Source: Octopus vulgaris (taxonomy: Eukaryota). Taken from it: a DNA stretch of 64,000 nt. Below are positions 51,562 to 63,810 of the stretch, one piece after another; position 1 is the stretch's first letter; every line of letters begins with the position of its first letter. Made by a program: the position numbers and the translations under genes. The notes under the pieces were generated by a model, which had not been told where the DNA came from, searched no databases, and saw only the letters and a program-made list of their open reading frames with translations. Location of the stretch: contig OX597817.1 of the NCBI GenBank assembly GCA_951406725.2, positions 83,700,001 to 83,764,000 of the forward strand, in the 5' to 3' direction.

Positions 51562-52149
51562 TATAGTATTCAGCAATTCCTAAACTTGGAAATTTTAATA
51601 ATGAAAATGAAATTATTGTATATAGTGCTCAAATGCACCACAACTTGTCAAAAGTACATTGAATCTCTACATAATAATAGCCAATATAAATGTTGGTTGG
51701 TTGATTGATTTCTCCAGTCATGCTCTATGTCATATAAAAATAGTCATTGTAATTAATATTTTTCCTAATAAGCTTTTCAAGTAAGATGTTTGTTACCAGA
51801 ATGTTACTTTTTTGTGTTTTTTTTTGTTTTGTATTTTTTTGCATAACTTACTGGGGTTTTCTCCTTTTTTATGTACCCTCACCACAAAAAGGGGAAATCT
51901 GTGTCCAGGCCAAGCTTTGTAAGCCTCCTTTATTTGGTTGGCATTTTTAACTTCCTGGTTAAAAGAAGAATTCTTTTACTTTCTAGCACTATACCTAGCT
52001 GCTTTCATCCAGAGCATCCTACAGCCAAAGAAGAAACTTACCAACAAAACAACTTTCACTGTTTCAACATCCTTAGTTTTTTCGGGAAGGTTTCTAAATT
52101 TGAATGCAGTAATACCCATGTATTTTTTTTTCTGATTGACTGGATTATA

Positions 52150-52980
52150 TTTACAGATGACATGGTGTTACTTGGCTCATCAGAAGGTGATCTCCAGCAT
52201 GTACTGATTGGGTTCACTGCCAAGTGCTGCAAGGCAAGAAAGATAGTTAGTGTTGCGAAGACTGAGACATCAGTCTTTTCAAGAAAATCTTCTCAGTACA
52301 CTGTATGTGTAACGGTGTTCACCCAGGGTGGGTTGAGCCAGCTTCTTCTTTGAAGAAGTTTCATGGGAATATTGAATTCACAAGTGGTCCCCGACATCTT
52401 GCATGCATATCCCGAGTGACGGGACACCCTGTTTGCTGCAGAGTTTCCACAGACGCAAGGACAAAACGACCTCGAAGCTGCCAGTTGCCGATCAGACGCC
52501 TCTTGGAATTTTCACCAGAGCCCCATTGGCCATGCTGTGGCCCTTATACCGCTCGGTGCCAGACCAATCTGCCTTGGGTGGCCCTACCAGGAACCGAAGT
52601 TCCCGACGGCATAGCTCTGACACTGCCCGTTTACACCACCCTACCGCTTTGAGGAGGGGTTGGACTTTAGGGTAGGCAGTACACTGTGCATGTTATTGGA
52701 ACATGACTGAGACAAGTGGTGGAGATTAAGTATCTTGGAGTTGTATTCACATGTGATGGAAAACAGGAGGCTGAGCTGGTTGCAAGAATTGCTGGTGCTG
52801 GCACAGTAATGCACCAATCCCAGTATTCAATCCTCAAAAGGGAAGAGATTGTTGAAACAGCCAAGCTCACAATCTTCAATTTGGTTTTTGTACCTGTCCT
52901 CACCTATGTTTATGAATTTTGGTTAAATGACTAAAAGGGCACGATCATTAATACATGCAACTGAAATAGGGTTCCTCTCA
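52150..52980 (+). mobile_element. Decayed RT fragment of a second RTE-like lineage, split by an insertion
   Basis: IFTDDMVLLGSSEGDLQ..SVAKTE, then EIKYLGVVFTCDGK..FVPVLTY. Confidence 0.75.
52311..52676 (-). mobile_element. GC-rich short retroposon carrying an RTE/BovB-like 5'-UTR motif
   Basis: Direct repeat CAGTACACTGT at 52294-52304 and 52677-52687; minus strand GAGCTATGCCGT..AGGGCCACCCAAG. Confidence 0.65.
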
Positions 52981-53848
52981 AGCAGTAGTTCTCAACCATT
53001 TTTTCCCCATGGGCACCTTTGATTCTTATTTAACTCTACTGGATCTCTGTAGCCATTCAACGCATATAAAAAAAAATCATATTACTCTCTCTCTCTTTTT
53101 ACTCTTTTACTTGTTTCAGTCATTTCCCTGCAGCCATGCTGGAGCACCACCTTTAGTCGAGCAAGTCGACCCTAGGACTTATTCTTTGTAAGCCTAGTAC
53201 TTATTCTATCGGTCTCTTTTGCCTAACCGCTAAGTTACGGGGACATAAACACACCACCATCGGTTATCAAGTGATGTTGGGGGGACAAACACAGACACAC
53301 AAACGTATACATACACACATACATATATATACATATATCCGATGAGCTTCTTTCAGTTTCCATCTACCAAATCCACTCTCAAGGCTTTGGTTGGCCCGAG
53401 GCTATAGTAGAAGACATTTGCTGAAGATGACATGCAGTAGGACTGATCCCAGAACCATGTTTGTCCCCTCTATGTTTAGCCTCTTGTGGGCAATAAAGAA
53501 ATAAGAGAGACAAAAGAGACACATGGCTGCCCTGTACATGGCACAAAAGAGTTACTTGGCTGTAGAGGAGAAAGATACATGGCTACCATGTATTATAGAA
53601 GCATGGGTGAGAGTAGTTAGAAAGATGATAAAATTGGAGATGAGGTGCCAGAGTGTACTTCTGATAGCAAAATTATATTTCCAATGTTACTCATTGTATG
53701 AAAAGTAACACTCTAGTATAAAAATATTTTTCAAATTATTTAAGCAAATTAGTAAATTAAGTATTAAAAAAAGCCCAGAAGTGAATGCTTTTCCAAGACT
53801 TCTAAAGATATTATACTTGAGCTCTAATTTTCTTTATCTCTTTTGTAG

Positions 53849-54078
53849 GTTGTAGTTGGTCCAATTTTGAAATCTATCCAAGAATTAGGCTCTTACAAGG
53901 GGCTGAAAGCCATTTTCATTACACTACTGACAGAATTGTGGAAAATACAGGACCGCTGCTTCCCCCAGTTGCAGAAAGCACTTACAGAAGAGTCCATCAC
54001 TCCAGGTACCATAGCAGCAATAACAAATGAAGTAGTTTTTGCTAAAGCACACTCGATCACAAGTATCTGTGAATTAAG
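53849..54078 (+). CDS. FOCAD: FOCAD exon j (230 nt): VVVGPILKSIQELG...LWKIQDRCFPQLQKAL...AKAHSITSICEL(R)
   Basis: ttttgtag acceptor, gtgatt donor; conserved LWxxQDRxxPxLQ motif. Confidence 0.92.
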
Positions 54079-54535
54079 GTGATTATCTTGGTTTGTTATA
54101 ACTTTGAGCATTTCTTGTGTTAAAAACGACAATCAAAATATTATTTAGAGTTTAATTAAACTTTTTAATTTTTTTTTTTTAAACAATATTTAAAATCAAT
54201 TTGTGACTCATTCTCTAAGCAACATGTTTTTGGCTCCATTCTGACTCTACAGAATGAAAACATTTTCAGGTTATGAACAAGAAGTTTTGTATACTGCATG
54301 TAGTTAAGACTCTTGCTTTCCAACCATGTGATTTTATGTTCAGTCCCACTATGTTGAAACTTGGGCATGTGTCTTATACTGTAACCCAGGCCTGTAACCA
54401 AAGCCTTATGAGTGGTTTTATAGACAGAAACTGAAAAGAGCCCATTGTGTCTGAGTTCATTTACATTGTAACACATCCTCCTCTGTATCATCAGCAGTAT
54501 CATACATTCACTTTTATTGCTGGCATGACTTAGCC

Positions 54536-54696
54536 CAGTGGTTCCCCACCTTTTCACTGCCAAAGATCCCTTTTATTTAAATGAGTTTACCCACAGACCT
54601 CTTTTAATATGCTTACATATATATATATATGAAATTTTGAATTTAGTTCATGGACCCCTAGTACTACCTTTGCGGACCACAGGTTGGGAACCACTA
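54536..54696. mobile_element. hAT-Charlie (MER5-like) MITE
   Basis: TIR CAGTGGTTCCCCACC/GGTTGGGAACCACTA; TSD ACTTAGCC/GCTTAGAC with central TA. Confidence 0.78.
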
Positions 54697-55256
54697 GCTT
54701 AGACAGTTGCCAAGTGTGAATCAGTGCTTCTTTGGAGTTACTGCCCTCCTTGATAGGTCAGCAATGAAATCTCACTGATACATTCCAACTTCAGCATGAT
54801 TTCTATAGTTGGATACCTTTCTTTACACCAGCTTCTTTACAGAGTAACCTGAGTACATTTTATCTTGGTAACAGTACCAAAGAGGGATTTTTGGTCATCA
54901 GTATCACTAAAGAGCCTTACCTGCTGTATTGCTGTCTAAGTTCATTTAAGCCAGCATGAATGAGAAGGTGAATAGAAAGTAGAAGAAAGAGTGATAGAAG
55001 GAGAAAACCAAAACAAGAGCAATATAAAGGAAATACTTATCAAAGAGAAATAATGTGTGAGGAAACTCTCTGTGTGTGTATGTATGATGGCTAGGTTATA
55101 AACAGAAAAAGGAAATATTTTTACATGACATGTATGCATTATATAATAATAATAATAATAAATTGACCACAATATATGCATCATATAATATGAATAAATT
55201 AATCTTTCTAAAATAAATATTTACTCAATGACTATTCATATATCTTATGTTTACAG

Positions 55257-55383
55257 GCCTGTACAGCATGGACCAGATATGTTAAGTCTTTTATCTGATA
55301 TTCTCAATAGCTGCTTATTAAAATCAACCACTCCAGCGGCAATAATGGCATTGAAAGGATTAACGCACCTTTGTGAAGCAGAA
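55257..55383 (+). CDS. FOCAD: FOCAD exon k (127 nt): PVQHGPDMLSLLSDILNSCLLKSTTPAAIMALKGLTHLCEAE
   Basis: ttacag acceptor, gtgagt donor; RPxQHGxDML and LxGLxxLCxAE motifs. Confidence 0.93.
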
Positions 55384-58049
55384 GTGAGTTATTTCTCTTG
55401 ATTATTCAACCCTAAAATAAAATATAAAGAAGATAATTTTCAATATGTGTGCACACACACACACACACACACACATATACATATTTCATTCAAGTTTAAT
55501 ATTCACTTTCCATCCTTGGAAAGAATTTATTTACCTGTTTCAAGTAAGATATGTCTCCATGATTAGATATGTTTTCACAGTATATTGGAAATGAACGACA
55601 CTGCTTGTTTGATAATGACAATCATTACAAGTACACATGAAGTCGAGACTAGGAAACATGCACACACACACACTTATATACATACATGTGTGTGTGTGCC
55701 ATGTAAATTATTCAAGTGGTGCCACATAAAAGAAGCCCATGTGGTGCTATGTAAAAGCACCAATGTAGTTCCAAATAAAAGTGCCTGTGTGGTGCCACTT
55801 AAATGTGCCCATACAGTGCCACATAAAAGCACCCAGCACACTCTGTAAAGCGGTTGGTGTTTGGAAGGGCAACCAGCCATAGAAACTATGCCGAATCAGA
55901 CTGGTGTCTGGTGCAGTTCCCAAGTTTAGATCAAAACCATCCAACCCATGGCAGCATGGACAATAGACATTCAGTGCTGATGATATATGATAGGCTTCTA
56001 TCAGATCCACTCATAAAGCTTTGGTTTGCTGAAAGTATAGTTGAAAGCACTTGCCCAAGATGCCATGCCGTGAGACTGAACCCAGAACCATGTGGTTGGG
56101 AAACAAACTTATCATTGTTTTAATTTACTACTTTTACATGCAAATGCATGGAAAAGTGGTTTGAGTGGAATTTGTTGAAGCAAATTTTCTACAGCTAGAT
56201 GCCTCTCCTACTTGTTTACAAGCAATATAATGTTTTCCCGTAACTGGACATGTTTATATGGAAGATTGGGAACAAATGACATCGCTTGTGTGACCATCAC
56301 AGAATATCAAGACAGGGAGACATAGAAACACTCATGCGCACACACATGCACTCATATATACATACACACATATGTGCACACACACATAATGCGTGTTCTT
56401 TCCTTTTAGTCTTTCTTTGAAAACACATCTGGTTATGAGAAAATGTTGCCTTACTTGGAAACAGGTGAGGGTTGGTGACAGGGAGGGCATGCAACTAAAA
56501 GCCTGCTTTTACTAATTCTGTCCAACCTATGCAAGCATAGAGAAATGGATATTAAAATGCTAGGCTTCTTTCAGTTTCCATCCACCAAACTCACCTACAA
56601 GGCTTTTCAGCTGACTGCTATGGTAGAAGACACTTTCACAAGGTGATACTTAGTTGGCCGAAATCAAATCCATGTGACTGAGAAGCACAAATCTTAACCA
56701 CAGTGCTTATGTGTGTGTGTGTATTCTATCTGATTGCTTGAAGCTTCATGATATCCAATTTGAAAGCAAGATTGTTTGATAACATCAACTAACCAATACA
56801 TTGATGAGCACAGAGATAGCATTTAACTTTCAGCAAAGTGTAATACTTAGCCGAATAATGCTTTAGAGATTGATAAATAAAATTCTATTATGCCAACCTT
56901 GTTATTATGTTTCTTACTAATGATGCCTAAACTTAGTGATGACTGTGTTACTATTATTGAATTAGTTACAGCTAGTAGTTTAGCTGATACTGCCATTAAT
57001 CTTTTAGTGCAGTTTTCTTACCAGCTGTTGTTGATTTAGCTAGATTTTAACCACATTTAGGTATGTATGGTTGTGTGGTTAAAAAGCTTGCTTCCCAACT
57101 GTATGGTTTTAGGTTCAGTTCCACTGCATGGCACCTTAGGGAAGTGTCTTCTTTTATAGTTTCAAGGCAACCAAAGCCTTACAAGTCGATTTGGCAGATA
57201 TGGAAACTGAAAGAAGCTCATCGTATATGTGTGTGTGTGAGAGAAAGAGAGAAAGAAAGAGAGGGAGACATAAAGTGTCCTTGTCATGACATTGCTTGTT
57301 GATTTTAAATGTCATAATGAGCTATTTCATTTGATTCCACTCTTCTGAAATATTACTTGTCTGGAAACATGTGAGTTGGCAACAGGAAATTCACATGGCC
57401 ATAGAAATCCTGCTTTGATAAATCCTATCTCACCAATAGTTGGCATAGAAAAATAAATGTGAAAATGAGGGTTTAGATCTAGAAACTATGTTGCCTTTAT
57501 GTCCCTTAAATACAATATTAGCTTTGCATTTTTATAAAGATCTCTATTTTGTCATCAATTTTAGGTTTCACTATTTTGTCTAAACCTTCCCTGTTAACCT
57601 TTAGTATTCAGATTACTTTGTCAAATACAATGTTTGTTTATTTATTTTGTTTTCAGTTAATCATGTATTATCTTGTATTTTAGAGATCTCAGTGACGTGA
57701 TAGCTTAGTTTTAGAATGGCATTGTAGGTTTGAAGTGAGAAGCCAAATCTGGCCAGTTTCAACATAAATCAGGTTAAATATTTCAGATGGCCATAGCCAA
57801 TTTGGATGCTGAAAGGTTAATGTTGCAATAGATTTGTATAACTTTGTGTTGTTATTGATCAGTTGTTGATGTAGACAACAGCCTACATCTAAAGAATTTA
57901 AGTTTTATCAGAGAATTCCCGCTTGGTTATTTTGAGATTCAAACACTTAACTGTTTCTATGCCATATTTCTTTTGAAATACATTACTTACATTTCAAGTA
58001 ATTTTGGAAAAAAAAAAATTGATGAATTTATTAAAATAACTTTGTCATT

Positions 58050-58195
58050 TACATTATTTACATTCGATGGATATTTGTCCTCATCTTGTTTGTTGTTAGC
58101 ACAACATTTCGGCTGATATACCCTCCAACCTTCATCAGGCATATGGCATAGTGGTTCAGAGCACAGGCTAATAACCCCAAGATTCCAAGCTGTGA

Positions 58196-58236
<41 letters not shown>

Positions 58237-58418
58237 TCGAAAAATACCTTAAGAATGAGAACTCAGGTTCAAAATTTCCCCAAGACACCTGATGAAGGCT
58301 GGAGGGTATATCAGTCAAAACATTGTGTTAACAACAAACAAGATGAGGACAAATATCCGTCGAATGTGAATAATGTAAATAAAGTACATAATTTCCTCAT
58401 CTCTTAAATATAGAACTG
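58050..58418 (+). mobile_element. Composite retroposon: inverted partial repeat + tRNA-like head + (AAT)n + hammerhead-like tail
   Basis: About 58050-58139 mirrored at 58288-58380; 12-bp TSD AACTTTGTCATT at 58038-58049 and 58419-58430. Confidence 0.72.
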
Positions 58419-59037
58419 AACTTTGTCATTGTCATTGTGAAGCTGGTGTTTGGAACATAAATAAACATGAAATTTTGGTGGGAGGATTTTGTTTAGATCT
58501 CTTTAAAACTGAAAGTTTGCATCATAGAGCCAGAGGCTGTCTTAGATGTGTTAGTATTAAAGAGTTGACCTTTTCTTACCATATTCCGTTTGAAATACAC
58601 AGTCTTTGTTTCAATTAATTTTGAAAATAATAAAGAATTTAGTAAAATAATTTTGCCATTATTGAACTAAAGTTTGAAGACTAGCTAAGCGGGTTTAAGT
58701 TATGTTACAAGAAATGTAACTAACATTGTTTTACCTGTCTTTATTTACCTCTTTCATTCCTTATATTCTTAGATTTTTATTCACATTTTTAACAACATCA
58801 GTTACTAAACCATGAGTTGTGTGGTGATAAACTTTAAATAGACATGAAAATTTGATGAAAGGTTTTAATTTGGGTCAGGAATTTTTCATATCTTAAAACC
58901 AAGGGTGACCTCAGGCAGGTTGGTATCAATAAGCCTAAAATGGCTAGTCTAGTTGAAAATAAAGAGAGTGAGGGGAGAGAGGATGAAAAAGGAGTAGGAG
59001 GAGTGTGTTTATACTTATATATGTTTTATCACTACAG

Positions 59038-59096
59038 GTGATCAATATTCAAAGTCTGTGGAAGTTACTGTCAACCAAACTTGCCAATGATTCTAG
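59038..59096 (+). CDS. FOCAD: FOCAD exon l (59 nt): VINIQSLWKLLSTKLANDS(R)
   Basis: ctacag acceptor, gtaagt donor; resembles human VVCIRSTWNALSPKLSCDTR. Confidence 0.9.
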
Positions 59097-60465
59097 GTAA
59101 GTCTCATATTATGTCATATAGAGTTTCAAAATTTTATACTTTATTATTTTTGAGAGTCTGACATCTTATCACTAATTCAGCTTTGTGGTGTAATCATATT
59201 GCAGTTATAATTAGAAGAGTTAACAGAGCCACAGAGCTGAACTTTAGTTTCAATAACTGTAAGCAGCTGAGTAGCAATTTTTTTTTTTTTGTTTTGCTTT
59301 GTTTTGTTTCTGTATTCAATTGTCTGCAACTGATAACTTTCCAAGATATGCTTGTCATATATTCTATGGGTAGATAAACTAAGCTAAGTAAGTCTCTGTG
59401 GAATCTTCTATTACAAGTCATGTCTAGTTTGCAATAGTGGAATCAACACAGTTATTTATTTGTACTTCCTCGACTCCTGAAGGCTGAATGGGGATGTTGA
59501 TCTCGTGATTTTCCTAAACATAAAGTCATCTAAGTAAATACCACATAAATTTTGACCATGCTCTAAACAATTTGCCAGCAATATCTCCCTGAAATCATAT
59601 GCCACTTTTTTCTGAAACAGAGCATTGTCAGAAAATATTGTCCAGGGTCCAGCTTCTGAAATTCATCCTTGTTGTCACGCCGCTTCCTTTAATTCCTGAA
59701 GCAGAATATAACCTAATGATACACAAAGTTTATTTGTCCTCCCACCATTTACTTAGCCAATTAGCCTCTTATAATTAATTATACCAATAAAGGACAATTA
59801 ACCCTTTTAGTTATCACATTTCTATCAAAATACTCTACCTTTGTTTCAATAAATTTTGTAAATAATGAAGACTTTAGTAAAATAATTGCAACATTATGGA
59901 GCTGGTATTCAGATCATAAATTAACAGGAACTTTTGATGGAAGATTTTCATTTAGATTCCTTTAAAGCTGGAGGTTTGTACCATAGGCACAGGAGTGACT
60001 GTGTGGTAAGTAGCTAGCTTACCAACCACATAGTTCTGGGTTCAGTCTCACAGCATGACAACTTGGATAAGTGTCTTCTACTATAGCCTTGGGCCAACCA
60101 AAGCCTTGTGAGTGGATTTGGAACTGAAAGAAGCCCGTCATATATATATATATATATGTATGTGTGTGTATTTGTTTGTGTATCTGTGTTTGTCCCCCCA
60201 ACATCACTTGACAACCAATGCTGGTGTGTTTACATCTCCATAACTCAGCGGTTCAGCAAAAGAAACTGATAGAATAAGTCCTGGGGTCGATTTGCTCGAC
60301 TGAAGGCAGTGCTCTAGCATGGCCGCAGTCAAATGACAGAAACAAGTAAAAGAATAGAACAAGTTTGTACAATGGGGCAGTTTCAGGTGGGTTGGAGCCA
60401 AAAGAGTTAATGTACAGAAGTTTTGATCAGAAAGCAATCTTCCCACAGTTATCTCGCAACTTTAT

Positions 60466-60520
<55 letters not shown>

Positions 60521-62456
60521 CACAGTAACTATCACTACTTCAGGGTTAGAGGTTCAAAATACCTCTAAATTTCTCACTCCAACAATTAATGCTATTTTTC
60601 TTGGTGTTGTTGTTGAACTCAGGTAAGTTTTGATTATGCAAGCCTTTGACAAAGGCATTCTTGCTATGACCATCCCATCTTTTTTTCAGATCTGTACAAC
60701 TTAATTGTTACAATGCATCCTTTGCATATTTAGGATTATAGTATATAATTTGAAGGCATTTGGCTACTATTTCTTATAGGTTGAGTCATTGCTTCACACA
60801 CCCTGCATGCCAGCAGAGTGGAGTGGCAAAATTGATAGAACAGCATTATTTTATTTCATTCCTCTTTATTCCGTGTTCAAAGACTAGTGGGACTGAGTTA
60901 ATAAATTTAACACCAATGATATACAGGGGTTGATTAAATCAATTATGTCCTTGACTTACAAACCTGTAACCTTATACCACTTTGAGAAATAATTTCTTTC
61001 CACTGACTGATGACCTGATGCATATGGGTTTTGTTATTGAAGAAACAAGTCTTTTTGTTGGACAGAATACCACTGTATTGTACTTGATAGTTCTCACTAG
61101 TGAAATTGAACTCACTACTGCAAGATCACAAATCTGCTATGTATAAATGGGGATTTATATCACCTCCTAGTTGAAGTAACTATGAGGTTCTGCATCACTA
61201 GACTTGGTAGAAAGAAATAGCAGGCAAATTTCCTTCAGATCTCATTTTACTATTTTAAACGTTTAGCATTTAAGCTGGCTATATCCAGCCAAGATGTTCT
61301 ACCTATTTAATGTTAAAACTGGTCAGATCTGACCTCTACACCTACTCTACAATGCCATTCTTAAAATAAACAATTGTTCCATCAAAATCACAAAGCTATG
61401 AGATAATTCATGGCTAATTCAAAATAATGTGAATAAACAAGTAATACATTTGACCAAGTAATCTGAATACTAAAGAGTTAAAATAAGAAGGACATATTCA
61501 GTAATGCAGTTTTAAAGGCTGGGATGCATCAGTCACTCACTGACCACTGCTGGGAAAAATTTTCATTTCCCTCTGATATTTACTGTGTTTGTAATACAGC
61601 AAATCCATTAGTGGTGCTATCTTGGGACAAATATTGCAGTAACTGGCCAATCACATGTGAAAACATCAAGTGTGCTGTATATATTGCTCTCCCACCACCA
61701 TTTATTCAATATTTTATATGTATCTATCTGTCAGTCTTTCTCTCTATCAATTTATTTACTTCTCTTTCCATATCTCCCCCGCCCTCTCAATCAACCATGC
61801 AATTGACTGGACTGATTTTGATTTCTGAAAGATAAAATTAGCCACAGTGCTATTTGAACTATGAAACATCATATGTGAAACAAGATACTGTTACGCATTT
61901 ATTGAAGATCTCTACCATCTCGGTAACCTCTGGATAAAAAGACCTTCTTTGGCCATGAGGCACAAGTCCAGGCAAGGTTGTTTATGGAAGACCAGCAGTT
62001 GCCCACACACACTGGTCTCCCCTCCTCACACCACAGATATTATCCAAGAGAAGGCAAAGGCTGATACAGCTTGGCACTAGTGATATTGCAACACATTTCT
62101 ACAGCTGAGTTAACTGGAGCAGCTTGAAATAAAGTATCTTGCTCAAGAACACAACACGCAGCCTTGTCTGAGAATTGAACTCCTTACATCAAGATTGTAA
62201 GCCCAATACTGTAACCACTGAGCTATTTGCCTATGATACTTGACCTCAGTTATATTCTTTACTACAAGATCAAGGTTTCCGTAAAAATATACATCAGGCA
62301 ACTTGGTTGATAGCAGGGTGCAATACTAATTTAAATCATCAATTAACTGTTGGCTGATAAGCCAGCTAGTTGTAACTGTTAGTTTCTTTAAACAGCAAAT
62401 TATTTGAGGACATGTCATTTTGGTATATTCCATTGTCTTTTTTATCTAATTTTTAG

Positions 62457-62532
62457 ACCTGGCATTACCATAGAAATTTGCAAGTTATTTGCTCTAGTAC
62501 CACAATTAGCTGTTCAAAATGAAGAATTTGAG
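62457..62532 (+). CDS. FOCAD: FOCAD exon m (76 nt): PGITIEICKLFALVPQLAVQNEEFE
   Basis: ttttag acceptor, gag|gtaaaa donor; resembles human LFSLVPSLTVNTTEYE. Confidence 0.9.
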
Positions 62533-63298
62533 GTAAAAATTGTTTCATTCATTACAGTATTTCATTTTCTTTTGCAATCTATTTTTCTCTCTAAATGCAT
62601 ATCCTTGTATATTTGAATTCTGCTTGGGCAGTTGTCGTAACAGCTTGAGGCTTTCCAAACTATTTTCCCAAATATAAAACTGGACACATGATGTAGCTGT
62701 GTAATTCGGAGTTATATCTTGGCTACCGAATAATTGTCACATATTACTTTTACAGATATATATATATATATATTCTACATTGATTCCAAATAAAAAATGT
62801 CGAGTAACTCTAAAATTAATAATTCTATTTACCAGTGTAAAATGAATACTCATAATCAAGTATATTTTTATATTGGAAGCATGTCTTCACTGTTATCTAG
62901 AAGAATCTCTAATCATTACTCAACATTTAGGGATAGGAACAAATGTAACATGGAATATCATGGATTATAATAAAACCTGAAAATGAAGTTCTTTTCCTTC
63001 CCTTGTCTATTACGTAAAAATATAAGTTAATGTAAAATGTTCTAAAATCTACACAGCCTTGGTTTTTTATCTCATTACAGAAAAAAAAAAATTTAATATA
63101 CACACGCTGATATATGACCAACGTTGGACCCCTTATTTGCATAATCACCGAACCTGGAACTCAACTATGGTCTATCCATAGCACTTATTCAGCATTACCT
63201 GACACCTTTGGGTCTCACTGACACCATTACCTCTCATAACCTCTCTCTCTCTATATATATATATATATTTATATATGCATATATATATATATTTATAT

Positions 63299-63329
<31 letters not shown>

Positions 63330-63412
63330 CACACACACACATATATATATTTATATATATATTTATATATATGTATATTTATCTACGTATGTATATATAT
63401 ATATTTATATAC

Positions 63413-63446
<34 letters not shown>

Positions 63447-63469
63447 CTGTCTTCATACATATGTAACAC

Positions 63470-63715
63470 ATGACCATACCAGTGCAGACACCTCTCTTGC
63501 ACACTACATTTGATGCTTCTTATGCCCAACTTTAGTCTCAGGTCACTTACACTCTATCGTGTATGCACACTGACATTACACATCCAGCGGATCATACTAG
63601 TTTCATTTCTTTCAAACATACGCATGTCCTCAGCATTCATGGCTCATATTTCACTGCCATGTAGCATGGCAGTTCACATACATGCATCATACAGTCTACC
63701 TTTTACCTTGAGCGG
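63470..63715 (-). mobile_element. RTE LINE 3' coding fragment between microsatellites
   Basis: [13 protein letters not shown] matches the 12582 ORF. Confidence 0.8.
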
Positions 63716-63766
63716 TGTATACACATATGTGTCTATACACATATATGTATATACATATGTGTGTGA

Positions 63767-63810
<44 letters not shown>

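Larger units (their letters stand above)
829..62532 (+). other. FOCAD: Focadhesin (KIAA1797) orthologue, partial gene span (13 internal coding exons; start and end outside window)
   Basis: The 13 AG..GT exons join in one frame (1932 nt). The peptide matches human FOCAD as recalled: YSYVLNGLLNLIPSA~FSYVLNGILNLIPST, PHPFITV..RPESWP~PHPLITV..RPDCWP, LWKIQDRCFPQLQ~LWEKQDRVYPELQ, RPVQHGPDML~RPYQHGADML, LKGLTHLCEAEV~LQGLHALCQAEV. Confidence 0.93.
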
